Of a DNA stretch of 33,743 bases, positions 1 through 11,290 are shown piece by piece (the first letter of the stretch is position 1; every line of letters begins with the position of its first letter). The DNA comes from Octopus bimaculoides (lineage: Eukaryota). The translations under genes were made by a program, and so were the position numbers. The notes beneath the pieces are model-generated. The model was given only the letters and a program-made list of their open reading frames with translations, made no database searches and was not told the DNA's origin. The DNA is taken from contig NC_068988.1 of NCBI RefSeq assembly GCF_001194135.2, forward strand, positions 47,557,015-47,590,757, in the 5' to 3' direction.

Positions 1-45
1 AGGGGACCCCAAGCCACGCGCATTTACACAACCAATCTTGAGCAT
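1..45 (-). CDS. ORF2 N-terminus (APE-type endonuclease), truncated by window edge
   Basis: Reverse complement of 45..1 reads ATG...: MLKIGCVNARGLGSP, matching the xxIxxxNxRGL start of LINE APE domains. Too short for the ORF track. Confidence 0.75.
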   Translation of the reverse strand, partial: MLKIGCVNARGLGSP

Positions 46-83
46 AATCTTGATGTGAGTGTTAAGGTTTTAAAGAGAGTCAC

Positions 84-1640
84 TTACCGTTCGAGAGTTT
101 TGTGTCTCCTCCTTCGGGTTTTCTTCGAGGAGATCGCTGTATAGTTTTTTCGCCAGGTATCTTCGGCATTTGCCAACTGCCTTGGGGAAATAGATTTTAT
201 TGTGTGGTGCAGGGTTGGTGTTATGTGTAATATTTTGATGTGTTCTGGCGGTGTTGTGTACGGGTGGTTGCTGGTTTTTTTGTCTTCGTTTGTTATGTTT
301 GTTTTTGTGTTGATGTATTCCATCAACTCTGAGTTTTTTGTGTTGATGGCAGTGAGAATTGTGTGTGTGCTTGCTTTTGGCATTTTGTCGCTTGTGTTTG
401 TGTCTGGAGTGAGAGTGTTTTCGGGAGTTGTGTATCTCCCTGCTTTGTTTGTGTTTGCTTTTCTTTTCTTGCTCCTCTTCCTCCTTCCTTTCTGGGCTAT
501 TTGCCATTCTTCATTTCTTTCGTCTTCCGACGAAGGTTCTGAGGAATCGGAAGGGGGTAGGGGCAAATTGTGAGCGTATGTGTGTCTTTGGGTGAGTGGT
601 TGTGTTGCTGTTTTTGTTGGTGTTGGTTGCTTGTTATTTTCGTTCTCAGTGGTTGTCTTCTTGGTCGTTGTCCTTGGTGTTGGTATTGGTCTGTCTTTAG
701 TTGTTGGTGGTGGTATTGTTTCTGTTTTTGGCTCAGGTGGTGGTGTTGTTTGGTTGGGTTGGTTTGTTCGTTGTTGCCGTTCTTTCGTTTTCGCATATAG
801 CTGCTTGATTAGTTGTGCATACCGTGGTGTGGGTAATAATGCTGGTGTTTTGGGTTTTTGGTTTTCCCGTGGTTGTTGTTGTTGTTGTTCGTGTTGTTGT
901 TGCTGTTGTTTCGCGGCAGAATTGCAATCCTTTTGGAAGTGAGCTTCACTGCCACATATGTAACAGCGTGTTCGTCTGCTTTCTAACACTACATACAGCC
1001 TTTGCGTTGATGGTAACTGTATGTAGGTGGGTATTTTATTTATTGACTCCTGGGTAATATGGAGAAGGATCTCCATTTTTTTACCCACCCTCTGTTGCTT
1101 TCAGAAACATTAATTTGTAATATGCTGACCTCCTCCATATCGACACATACGGCTGATGTTATCCATGGTGTATCTACCATGGGAGGAATATTTTTCATGA
1201 TAACCCTTGTTACCCTCTGACCAAGGTAACTCGGTATCACTGTTATGTCTTCTGTCTTAAGAGTTAGCGTTGAGAATCGTTTCGCTAACTCTTCACTTTG
1301 AAAAATAACTTGCACATGGGCAAATTTATGCCACCAAGTTACATAATCTTTATATGGCCATACAGATCTCAAGCATTTTTCGATCTTTTCCGTGCTTGCT
1401 TTTTCTAGTTTTTTGGTTTGGGGGTTTAAAATTTTATAAATAATTGTCTTTTTGTTTGTGTCTTCTAGTATGTCTTGTGGTATGTTGATCCGTACCACGT
1501 CATTTTTTTTCGTAAGTAAAGCCTTTGTATCTTTTATCTGTTGTGCAGTAAAAGATACTACCGTCGTTTTTTGCCTTATCGCCTCGGCGAAGTTTGTTTT
1601 TATCTTGTTATTGTTGTTGTTGGTGGTGGTGCTGGTGTTG
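84..1640 (-). CDS. LINE ORF1 (gag-like nucleic-acid-binding protein), split by a frameshift at about 1076-1082; 5' end lies in the gap
   Basis: Frame 1040..1640 has VTRVIMKNIPPMV (Tx1 ORF1 RRM-like). Frame 84..1088 has CYICGSEAHFQKDC (CX2CX4HX4C) and a Q/T/P/K-rich tail. The frames join at a 7-A run. Confidence 0.8.
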
Positions 1641-2460
1641 NNNNNNNNNNNNNNNNNNNNNNNNNNNNNNNNNNNNNNNNNNNNNNNNNNNNNNNNNNNN
1701 NNNNNNNNNNNNNNNNNNNNNNNNNNNNNNNNNNNNNNNNNNNNNNNNNNNNNNNNNNNNNNNNNNNNNNNNNNNNNNNNNNNNNNNNNNNNNNNNNNNN
1801 NNNNNNNNNNNNNNNNNNNNNNNNNNNNNNNNNNNNNNNNNNNNNNNNNNNNNNNNNNNNNNNNNNNNNNNNNNNNNNNNNNNNNNNNNNNNNNNNNNNN
1901 NNNNNNNNNNNNNNNNNNNNNNNNNNNNNNNNNNNNNNNNNNNNNNNNNNNNNNNNNNNNNNNNNNNNNNNNNNNNNNNNNNNNNNNNNNNNNNNNNNNN
2001 NNNNNNNNNNNNNNNNNNNNNNNNNNNNNNNNNNNNNNNNNNNNNNNNNNNNNNNNNNNNNNNNNNNNNNNNNNNNNNNNNNNNNNNNNNNNNNNNNNNN
2101 NNNNNNNNNNNNNNNNNNNNNNNNNNNNNNNNNNNNNNNNNNNNNNNNNNNNNNNNNNNNNNNNNNNNNNNNNNNNNNNNNNNNNNNNNNNNNNNNNNNN
2201 NNNNNNNNNNNNNNNNNNNNNNNNNNNNNNNNNNNNNNNNNNNNNNNNNNNNNNNNNNNNNNNNNNNNNNNNNNNNNNNNNNNNNNNNNNNNNNNNNNNN
2301 NNNNNNGAAGGAGCCACTTCCTATTACAAAAACCCAATAGGGTCGAAGTGTATAGTCTTATACACCTCTTCCACAAAAAATATTTTAAAACTGCAAAATT
2401 TTTGACATATAAAAGGCCAACTTACTTGCGAGGCGATGCGACTAGCATCCGTCCAGATCA

Positions 2461-2626
2461 GATAGATAGATCGATAGATAGATCGATAGATAGATAGATA
2501 GATAGAGAGAGAGAGTGAGAGAGAGAGAGAGAGTGAGAGAGAGAGAGAGTGAGAGAGAGAGAGAGAGACGCAGGTAGACGGAGAGACAGAACATAAGAAA
2601 AAAAGACAGAAAGAAAGAAAGAACGA

Positions 2627-2662
<36 letters not shown>

Positions 2663-2663
2663 G

Positions 2664-2722
<59 letters not shown>
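2461..2722. repeat. Compound microsatellite (GATA)n-(GA)n-(GAAA)n
   Basis: Directly visible. Confidence 0.95.
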
Positions 2723-2795
2723 ATCGTAGCTAGAAAAATAAGTATAGAGATAAAATAACGTTTGCAATACTTCAATAATAACATAGCAAAATATA

Positions 2796-4084
2796 TGATG
2801 CCATCACATAAGTTCTATCCGAATTTTGAATAAGGAAATCAAGTGATCAAATGTTATATTTAATTGAAATTTAATCATCAATGTACTTTCCCTGATTATC
2901 TATGACTTCTTTCCATCTATTTAGAAGCTGTTTAATCCCATCAATGTAAAATTCTGTTGGTTTCACAGCGAAGAACTCTGAAATGTCAGTTTCGACTTCC
3001 TCGTGGCTTGCGAAAGTTACGTCCCTCAAATGATTCTGTAAATTCCGAAACAAATGGTAGTCTGAAGGAATGAGGTCAGAAGAATAAGGTTGATGAGGAA
3101 TTTTTTACCAACTGGGCCCTTCGATCTTCTGTGATGTGATCCTTGCAGTGTAGGGTCGCGCATTGTCCTGATGAAACATCATTCCTTTTCGATTCACTAA
3201 AGCGCGTATTTTTCTCTTTAAAGCTTGGTTCACATGCTCTAATTGCTGACAGTAGACTTGAGCATTGATTGTTGCATTAGGTGGTAACAATTCAAAGTGA
3301 ACTACTCCTTTGTAATCCCACAAGATAGAGAGAAGAACCTTTTTTCCATGATGTTCCCTTCTAGGTTGTGGTTGAGCTTTTTTCCCTTTTACCAAGCCAC
3401 TGTTTACGACGTTTAACATTTCGATAGAAGATCCATTTTTCGTCACCAGTCACAAGTCTATCCAAAAAGGGTGAAATGAGTTCGCGAGAATGGAGAGAAG
3501 ATCAGATGTCAACTCGGGATTTGCGGTTGCTTTCGGACAATTTATGACGTACCCATTTTCCAAGTTTAGGAACCATTCCAAGTTGTTGAAGATAATGATG
3601 AACATTTGTATGGTTTCAACTAATTTTTATTGCCAATTCTTCAACTGATAATGCAGGATTTTCTTCAAGTAATGCCCCAAGGAGATTATCATCAAACTCG
3701 ACTAGACGTCCTATTCGATCTTCATTTTCAAGGCTGAAATCTCCACTTCTGAATTTTGCAAACCATCTGCAAGTTATTTCTTTCAGACATTCTTTCTCAT
3801 AAACTGAGTGCATGTTTTGAGTCGCTTCGGCTGCAGAGTTTCTTTTTTTGTACTCATAAATCATTATGTAACTCAAATACTCTTTGGATACTTTCATGTT
3901 AGAAAGGGTTTTAATTAATGAAATTTTAATTCTATTATTCTGTAAAATAACATTTAATTAGTTTAAATGTACACAAATGCATAAAGATAATTTTTAATTA
4001 CATTAGACATTCTAAAATACTATTAAATTTCACTCAATTTTTAAAAAAAAGGTAAAATAGGACAGAACTTATGGGATGACATGA
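2796..4084 (-). mobile_element. Full-length (about 1289 bp) mariner transposon, inactive
   Basis: Imperfect TIRs: tgatgccatcacataagttctatcc at 2796 vs reverse complement of ggacagaacttatgggatgacatga ending at 4084. TA flanks at 2794-2795 and 4085-4086. Confidence 0.9.
2871..3897 (-). pseudogene. Mariner DD34D transposase, frameshifted
   Basis: N-terminal HTH region (CRWFAKFRSGDFSLENEDR), KWVRH (WVPH-like), VTGDEKW, WDYKGVVHFELLP, HQDNARP, PYSSDLIPSDYHLF (YSPDL-like), split over several frames. Confidence 0.9.
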
Positions 4085-4521
4085 TAGTAAGGATACGCAC
4101 CAAAGAAATTCACGGAAATAGCAAAAGGACTGCACGAAAGGATGAACAGTAATCTGACCAGTTTATTAGTTTTGAACATGAGATACTTAAAATCTTGTCA
4201 CTCCAGGTAATATTGGCCATTCTGCTGAAGCCCACATTTAAGTAGAGCATTGAGGATATAAAGGAGTGTGCGCAAAAATCGGACTAAATTAGCTGTAATG
4301 ACTATACTTTGTTAATGGCAGAAAATATAGAAAACGAACAGCAAATACAAAATGTTTTTTTTTAACTAAGATAATAATTGTAAGACAAGCAGAGAGAAAA
4401 GCAGGGGCTGTCCTAAATGAAACAAACAAGGAAATATAAATATATATGTTCGTACATTTCAATGATAAATATAAGACTAAATGAATAAAGGCAAAACGAA
4501 ACTGAGCAGATAATAGCATAA

Positions 4522-4558
4522 ATGGTCTTTCAATCTACACGACATATAGAAGGTAAGT
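4522..4558 (+). other. Candidate short first coding exon (MVFQSTRHIE + phase-1 donor)
   Basis: ATG at 4522 stays open to AAG|GTAAGT (donor at 4553). A CpG-richer segment with GCGGAAGT follows. No downstream exon identified. Confidence 0.2.
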
Positions 4559-4901
4559 GTGCAAGTAACGTATGACGCGCAGAGGAAATGCTTTCCGGCC
4601 ATAAGAAACAGCTCGGCGGAGACAAAAACAGCCATCTAGTTGCCTTGAGCGAAGCGAAAAAGAGGCTAATTGAACGGAAGAAAGGAAGCAGGTGAAGGAT
4701 GAAAGCGGAAGTACCTTGGGGGAAGGAGTAAGATGGGAATTAGGAGCAGACGATTGAAAAGGGAAGGTAGAGGTAGGAGTTCAGAAACTGAACAAAACTG
4801 ATGGTAGGACAAAGATAGGAAAGATGGCTGAAAGAAACATAACGGGAAGGTAACAGAAAAGAGAGAAGGCGATGGACTGCAGCAGTGTGTAAGACGAAAA
4901 G

Positions 4902-4945
<44 letters not shown>

Positions 4946-4990
4946 GTGAGTATGTGTGTGTATGCGCGCGCGCGTGTGTGTACGCATAAA
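4902..4990. repeat. (GATA)n plus (TG)/(CG) microsatellite
   Basis: Directly visible. Confidence 0.9.
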
Positions 4991-5140
4991 TGTGTATATA
5001 TAGATTGATTGATTAGTTGTTAAATAGATATGCAGATGAGGAAGAGAGAAGCTAAATGAAGATAAAGATAAATGAATGTGGTAGATTAAAATGGTAAGTA
5101 GAAAGAGAGGGAGAGAAGGGGGTAAGCATATATATATATT

Positions 5141-5337
5141 AGATAAGGAGTGGCTGTGTGGAAAGTATAGGTGCTGGAGTGGTAAGGAGCTTGCCTACCA
5201 ACCACATGGTTCCGTGTTCATTCCAACTGCGTGGTACCTTGGGCAAGTGTCTTCTACTATAGCCTCGGGTCGACCAAAGCCTTGTGAGTGGATTTGGTAG
5301 ACGGAAACTGAAAGAAGCCTGTCGTATATATATATAT
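5141..5337 (+). mobile_element. tRNA-derived SINE (family B), 5' half ending in (TA)n
   Basis: A-box-like TGGCTGTGTGG and B-box-like GTTCATTCC. Body CCTTGGGCAAGTGTCTTCTACTATAGCC...GACGGAAACTGAAAGAAGCC is shared with the inverted copy at 20281-20441. Confidence 0.8.
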
Positions 5338-5341
5338 GCTG

Positions 5342-5838
5342 TGTCGACGCCCCCAAGCGAAGAAGTAGGATCGCCCAAGACATATAAATCGAGGTAGTCT
5401 AGCCGTGGTAGAGAGTTGAGTGACTGTTGACTAGAGTTGAGTAGCAGTCGTGTAGCGGTTGAGAAGAGATCATCCGAAGGTTCTAGATAGCAGTANNNNN
5501 NNNNNNNNNNNNNNNNNNNNNNNNNNNNNNNNNNNNNNNNNNNNNNNNNNNNNNNNNNNNNNNNNNNNNNNNNNNNNNNNNNNNNNNNNNNNNNNNNNNN
5601 NNNNNNNNTATATATATATATATATATATATATATCAGTACCATAGTAAAAAGAGGAGAGGGAAATTCTATAGTTGGAAGTTTCATTTAATAGAAACACT
5701 TATGATTGGAATATGTATACACGTATTGTATGTTCATATAAAGTATAGTACTAGCATAATGAGAATTCTTATGGAGAGTTGAGAAGAACGTGTCTAGCGA
5801 AGTACTTAGAATAAATCAGATCCTGTAATTTATCGACA
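5342..5838 (+). mobile_element. Putative solo LTR (Gypsy/BEL-like)
   Basis: Termini TGTCGA...TCGACA are a 6-bp inverted repeat with TG..CA ends. TATAAA at 5383, AATAAA at 5810, internal repeats of GAGTTGAG. No TSD seen; N-gap at 5496-5608. Confidence 0.45.
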
Positions 5839-6895
5839 GAATCATAAAACTAAGAGAAATATGTAGATTTGGGAAACATATTAATTTTGTTGATTTGACA
5901 CATTTAAAAGTATTCAACAGTTAATATATAAATCTATGATGCAATATATTATAAATGCAATCATTCATTATTCATTTTTATTTATTATGTGTTGAAATTT
6001 AACAATATCAACAGCGATGTGCTGTGTTAAGAACCAACTACAAACGTAATGATCGTTTTGCAAAACATACTAGAAAAATACTTATTCTGATATCATCTTA
6101 CATTTTATGTAGCAATTAGCTTTCCTGTATATTATTTTCAATGTGTCAAAAATGTATCCTTATACCTTATGTACACTATATACTGTTCTATTATATATGA
6201 TAGCTTACCACAGCTTATTTGATTTATTGACCTGTAGATAATAGGAATAAAACCACTTTAATTGCTTACAATAATTTTTAAAAATTTCTCTGCAGTTTTA
6301 CTTCACAACACAGGAGTAGATTTAAATCTTATCTCAAGAACAGAAAGTCTGTAGTTAAATGTCAACTAAAAGCATTTGTGTTGTTCAAACGATTATTTGT
6401 CTAGTTTGACAGTTGTGGTGGTACTGCTATCCTGGGTCAAGTCTGATTCAGATACATCACAGCATGAATATAGATGAGTGAAGGACTTGGAAAAAGAAAA
6501 CAACGCTCAATTGCTCCAGATATGCCTCCTCAATAAATTTCGTTACGCAATGGCTTATTGTTTCACGTGTAGTATGGCCGTTTGGACATGTACTCTTTCC
6601 TCTTTGCGGCTTATACCAGTATGCTGATCGTGATGTTCATATCCAGTTCGGCTCTGATGGATCATACCAATCATGAAAAGCGTTCTAGTATGATCATCTT
6701 CTCTAAACATATCAGAATTTACATTACCCAATGAGGCTTTTTGAAAAAATAATAAGATTTGATTTTAGGGAGATTTGCCAACTAATTATAACAGATCGAG
6801 TATATGTATCGGAACTCCCACTAGATTCTCGTAGCTGCCACAATGGAGATGTAGTTGGAATGAATCAGAGAACAACACTTGCTGTTCGTGTAAAC

Positions 6896-7217
6896 CAGTG
6901 GTTCTCAACCGGATTTCATATGGCCCCTGAGGGTCTGTGTAGGATATTGTGGGGTCCACGCAACAAAATAGTGAACTGGGAATCCACGATAGTATTTTAA
7001 GTGCACCTGAAAAACGTTTGCCTTAACTGTATATATTGACATGTATTGGAAGAAACAGTTAGGTTTCTTTCTATAACATATTACATAGTTGAACCTACTC
7101 AAGTTAATGCGTGAAAAACAAAAAAAGGAATTTTCAAAGAAGTTTCTATAAAACTAGTTTGTAAATATCGAATGGCTACGGGGGTCATCCAGAATAAAAT
7201 AGTAATCAAAAGGGTCC
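6896..7217 (+). mobile_element. hAT-type non-autonomous element, left end only
   Basis: CAGTGGTTCTCAACC at 6896 is a typical hAT/Charlie-like TIR, followed by recurring GGGGTCC-like subterminal motifs. Right TIR not found. Confidence 0.5.
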
Positions 7218-8184
7218 TGGTCTAAACGTACCATAAATGCGTTAGCGGTTATTGATGCTACTGATACTGGAGCTATTTCTGCGTGGATGTGCGGTATCTT
7301 GACATTTCAATTTTGAGATAACATTTTTAGGATGGTATTGCAGAAGAACGTTTTGGAATGATAGTTCATATAATAAGAGGAATAATTAAGATTGACTTAC
7401 TGCTGCTACAAATGGTGTTCCTTATATGCCCGGGTGATTTTTGCAGCTAGTAGCTGTGTTTTATTGTGTAGGAGATTTGTGAATGCGATCTGTGTACAAC
7501 ATAAAATCATCTCCAGGAAGTGACACCAATTCATACTGCTTCATTGTTATATTTACAATTTAAATATTTCACTGAGATTTTGTGCTATTATTTTTACGCT
7601 TTAATGATGCTTGTTTCTAATTAAGGCACGATGCTAGGAAACATGTGATAGTGTGAAATTCCCTGTTTGATTTCTTTATAGTTTATTAAAGTGAATTGCA
7701 GAGAGAGATTTAGTGAATGATAAAACAATGAATTTATTGTATAATATTGTTGATGTTTTAATCTAAGTCAATCATGATTAAACACATCGATGATCAAAAG
7801 CTCTGCAACTGCGACCGACGGTATTTTGCTTGTTCACTTTGAATTATACAATCCAATATGTTTCTACTTAAGATATTGTGTTTAAAGCATATTATGCTGC
7901 TATTTCTAACAGATCGTGTGATTACATAGAGACTCTTTCACTATCAAATTCTGTATAAAAATTTAGAAAATAGATTAGTGACAAGTAATAGCAGATTGCA
8001 TTTGTCAATAATAGTCGGACATTATATAAAACTTAACCAGTCTCCCCTAGATTCTACACACACCGACATCTATTTTTGCATTAATTGGTCTTCAAGGAAG
8101 CATAATCGTTTGATCATGACCACTGATTATTAATTGTAGTTGAACGGTTTCTAATTGACATCGCAAACTTATATAATATAGGAA

Positions 8185-8185
<1 letters not shown>

Positions 8186-8241
<56 letters not shown>

Positions 8242-8242
8242 A

Positions 8243-8273
<31 letters not shown>

Positions 8274-8300
8274 ATGTATGTACACATACGTACGTATTTG
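8186..8300. repeat. (TA)n-(TG)n microsatellite
   Basis: Directly visible. Confidence 0.9.
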
Positions 8301-8704
8301 TGTTTGTATTCCTGTGTTATGTATGTGTAAGATATATTGACAGATTTATAAAGCATATCACCACTGTCTACAGACATGTTTTATATCAGCTGTAAAAATC
8401 GGCTTCATGGGATTTAATCACACTTCTTCGTATGTATTAATATTGCTATATCAAAGCAGAAAGACAAGACTCTAGATGGTCACCTCGTTAACTAGAATTA
8501 GAAACAAAATCTTATCTCCCTGAAATCATTATATGCAAAAGGCAGGACACATTGTGTAATGTTTTCCCTAAAGGAAAAAAGGTATAAAAGAAACAAACAT
8601 TGAATGGTTTGACAAAGCAGGTGTATCTTCAATCACATCTCTACTCGCTCAGGACGAGCCGAGGGTTACACAAGAGCTACTAACAACAATACAATACAAA
8701 TATT

Positions 8705-9134
8705 CTTTTCTACTCTAGGAACACGGCCCGAAATTTTGAGGGAGGAGGCCAGCCAATTAGATCGACCCCAATACGCAAGTGGTACTTAATTTATCAACCC
8801 CGAAATGATGAAAGCAAAGTCGACCTCGGCTGAATATGAACTCAGAACGTAAAGACAGACGAAATACCGCTAAGAATTTCGCCCGGCATGCTAACGTTTC
8901 TTATTTCTTTTTTGGCCACAAGGGGCTAAACATAGAGGGGACAAACAAGGACAGACAAAGGGATTAAGTCGATTAGATCGATACCAGTACACAAATAGTA
9001 CTTAATTTATCGACCCCTAAAGAATGAAAGGTAAAGTCGACCTCACCGGAATTTGAACACAGAACGTAACGGCAGACGAAATACCTCTAAGCCTTTCGCC
9101 CGGCGTGCTAACGTTTCTGCCAGCTCACCGCCTT
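8705..9134 (-). mobile_element. Dimeric tRNA-derived SINE (family A) with 17-bp TSD
   Basis: Two related units (9134-8902 and 8901-8705), each with a GTTCAAATTC-like B box and AGGTCGACTTT core. AATACAATACAAATATT occurs at 8688-8704 and 9135-9151. Confidence 0.85.
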
Positions 9135-9369
9135 AATACAATACAAATATTGTATGATCTGTATTTTTATATTTTTAAATTAAATATTTCTAACATATAT
9201 GCAATGTCCTATATTTTAAATTACAAGTGCTTTTTTTAATAAGATGTAATCATGCATCCTTTGCCTTTAAAATACATTATCTTTGTCGAGATTTCTAAGT
9301 CAGCAAATAAAAGAAACAAAGAAGTCATTGAGCTTTAATAGGATTTTATTTAGCTTCTTAAGAAAAGCA

Positions 9370-9710
9370 AAAATTGTAGCTACAGCAACATCAGAAACAA
9401 CAGAATCTTTGACAGCAACAACAGAAATAAAAACAACAGCAATAGCAGTACTATCACCGACAGTGCAGCATAAACAGTTGTGGCTGCAGCAACGGCACAC
9501 GCTAACAAAAATAACGACTGAAACAACAGCAGCTGCAAAAGTAGCAATAATAATAACAACACCATTAACAAACGGAATGTTAGCAGCTGCAACTGCAAGA
9601 TATTGAGAATACGAACAGCAATAACAACAACAATTTTAAGTGCAATTAACAACTACAACAGTAGCAATAACAGCAATGAAAATCTTTAAGAACATTAACA
9701 ATATTAGTTG
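9370..9710. repeat. Degenerate (ACA/GCA) triplet low-complexity tract
   Basis: Visible; accounts for the T/A-rich and L-rich ORFs at 9283-9652. Confidence 0.7.
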
Positions 9711-9943
9711 TACAAACAAGGCAATCACTGAGCTGCAGATCTACTCGTTAGAAATAGCAGTCAATTCTTCCTCAAATACACAAACTGCTCTCAGAAACGG
9801 AAAATGGAGAACCTATTAGGGAATTTAGTCATAGATATACCGTCTGGAAGAAAGATATAACAGTCATAGCAGAAATACTTTTTTTATTGTAAGTCTGGTG
9901 CATCATGGCTAATCTAGGACTCAACAATAACACTAAGATACAA

Positions 9944-10335
9944 TTAACATTTGGTCCTTGGATACATTTATCGTTTTGTCCTTGGGTGTCTTCCCTTTTA
10001 TCCTTCAGTAATTTTGAGTTATGGTTCATGGTAAAATTTAGCATTTTACTCTTATGTGCATTTAAATTTGGTCTTTGGATGACGTTAGCATTTAGTCCAA
10101 GAGGGATTAAGTATTTGATCCTCAAGTACTTTTAACATTTGCCTTTTGAATGCATTTTAGTGCTGTCCTAGGATGGCCCTAGTATTTCGTCCCAGGCGTA
10201 CATTTAACATTTGATCCTTGGATGCTTTTGGTATTTATTCCTTGGGCTATATTTGTATATAATCTTTGGGTACCCTTAGCTCTTGTGTATTGTTAGATTT
10301 AACATTTGAACCTTGGATGATTTCAGGATTTTGGT
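9944..10335. repeat. Degenerate minisatellite, unit about 21-24 bp (TTAACATTTGRTCCTTGG core)
   Basis: Core recurs at about 9944, 10061, 10085, 10107, 10131, 10203, 10229 and 10298. Confidence 0.7.
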
Positions 10336-10879
10336 CACGTTTCTGCTTTGAAGATAATAACATCCGATCCTGCCTTGAGCCTCGGACGCCCTGAATGTAT
10401 AATGGATGCTGTATTTACTTCCCTAAGCGATAAAAAAGAAACAAATAATATATCAGCAACAATAGCAGCTATAACAACAGTTATAAAATCAACAACAAAT
10501 GCAGCTGTGATGAAAACAACAGCAGATGGCAGTAGTAACCACTACAACAATAGCAACAGTACTGATGGTACCAATTAGCAACAAAACAATAAAAACAACA
10601 CCAAGAAGAAAGGGAAAAAAACGTTTATGGCCGCATCAATTAGCTGCAGAGAAAAAGAACAAGAACAAGAATAGTAATGAAAATAGTGCAACACATGCAC
10701 TAGTATCGGCATCATCGATTAATATGAAAGTATAACAACAAAGAAACACTGTTAAGAAGACAAGAGTTATTTTAATTGGTGCTGTATGATAAACATTGAT
10801 GAATAATAAAGAAAAATGAATTGTAATACATACAAGCACATGTATACTTACGTTAGGAAATCAATATTAATGAATGCTT

Positions 10880-10951
10880 ATATGTATATGTGTGCGTAAA
10901 TATTTATGCATGCACACACATATATACAAACATGCATACGTATATACATAA

Positions 10952-10984
<33 letters not shown>

Positions 10985-11149
10985 NNNNNNNNNNNNNNNN
11001 NNNNNNNNNNNNNNNNNNNNNNNNNNNNNNNNNNNNNNNNNNNNNNNNNNNNNNNNNNNNNNNNNNNNNNNNNNNNNNNNNNNNNNNNNNNNNNNNNNNN
11101 NNNNNNNNNNNNNNNNNNNNNNNNNNNNNNNNNNNNNNNNNNNNNNTCG

Positions 11150-11187
<38 letters not shown>

Positions 11188-11202
11188 ATCTATCTATCTA
11201 TA

Positions 11203-11253
<51 letters not shown>

Positions 11254-11290
11254 TTGTCTGTCTGTCTGTGTATATATGCATGTATATATT
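10880..11290. repeat. (TA)n/(TC)n/(TATC)n microsatellites flanking N-gap 10985-11146
   Basis: Directly visible. Confidence 0.9.

Larger units (their letters stand above)
1..2460 (-). mobile_element. Tx1/L1-clade non-LTR retrotransposon: 5' part (putative 5' UTR, ORF1, start of ORF2); continues beyond left window edge; 666-N gap at 1641-2306
   Basis: ORF1 has an RRM-like motif and CCHC knuckle, followed after a 38-nt spacer by an APE endonuclease N-terminus. Assigning 2307-2460 as 5' UTR is inferred across the gap. Confidence 0.8.

Noticed and set aside
202-1057. Hydrophobic plus-strand ORFs and the 70..507 H/K-rich ORF
   Set aside because: Antisense or alternative-frame shadows of the compositionally biased LINE ORF1.
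1040-2497. ORFs spanning N-gaps (here and at the other gaps)
   Set aside because: Their lengths are artefacts of X-translated gaps. Only the 1040-1640 minus-strand portion is real.
8455-8690. Weak similarity among about 6630-6710, 7755-7825, 8455-8690 and 13700-13830 suggesting another old repeat family
   Set aside because: Too diverged to delimit by eye; needs alignment.
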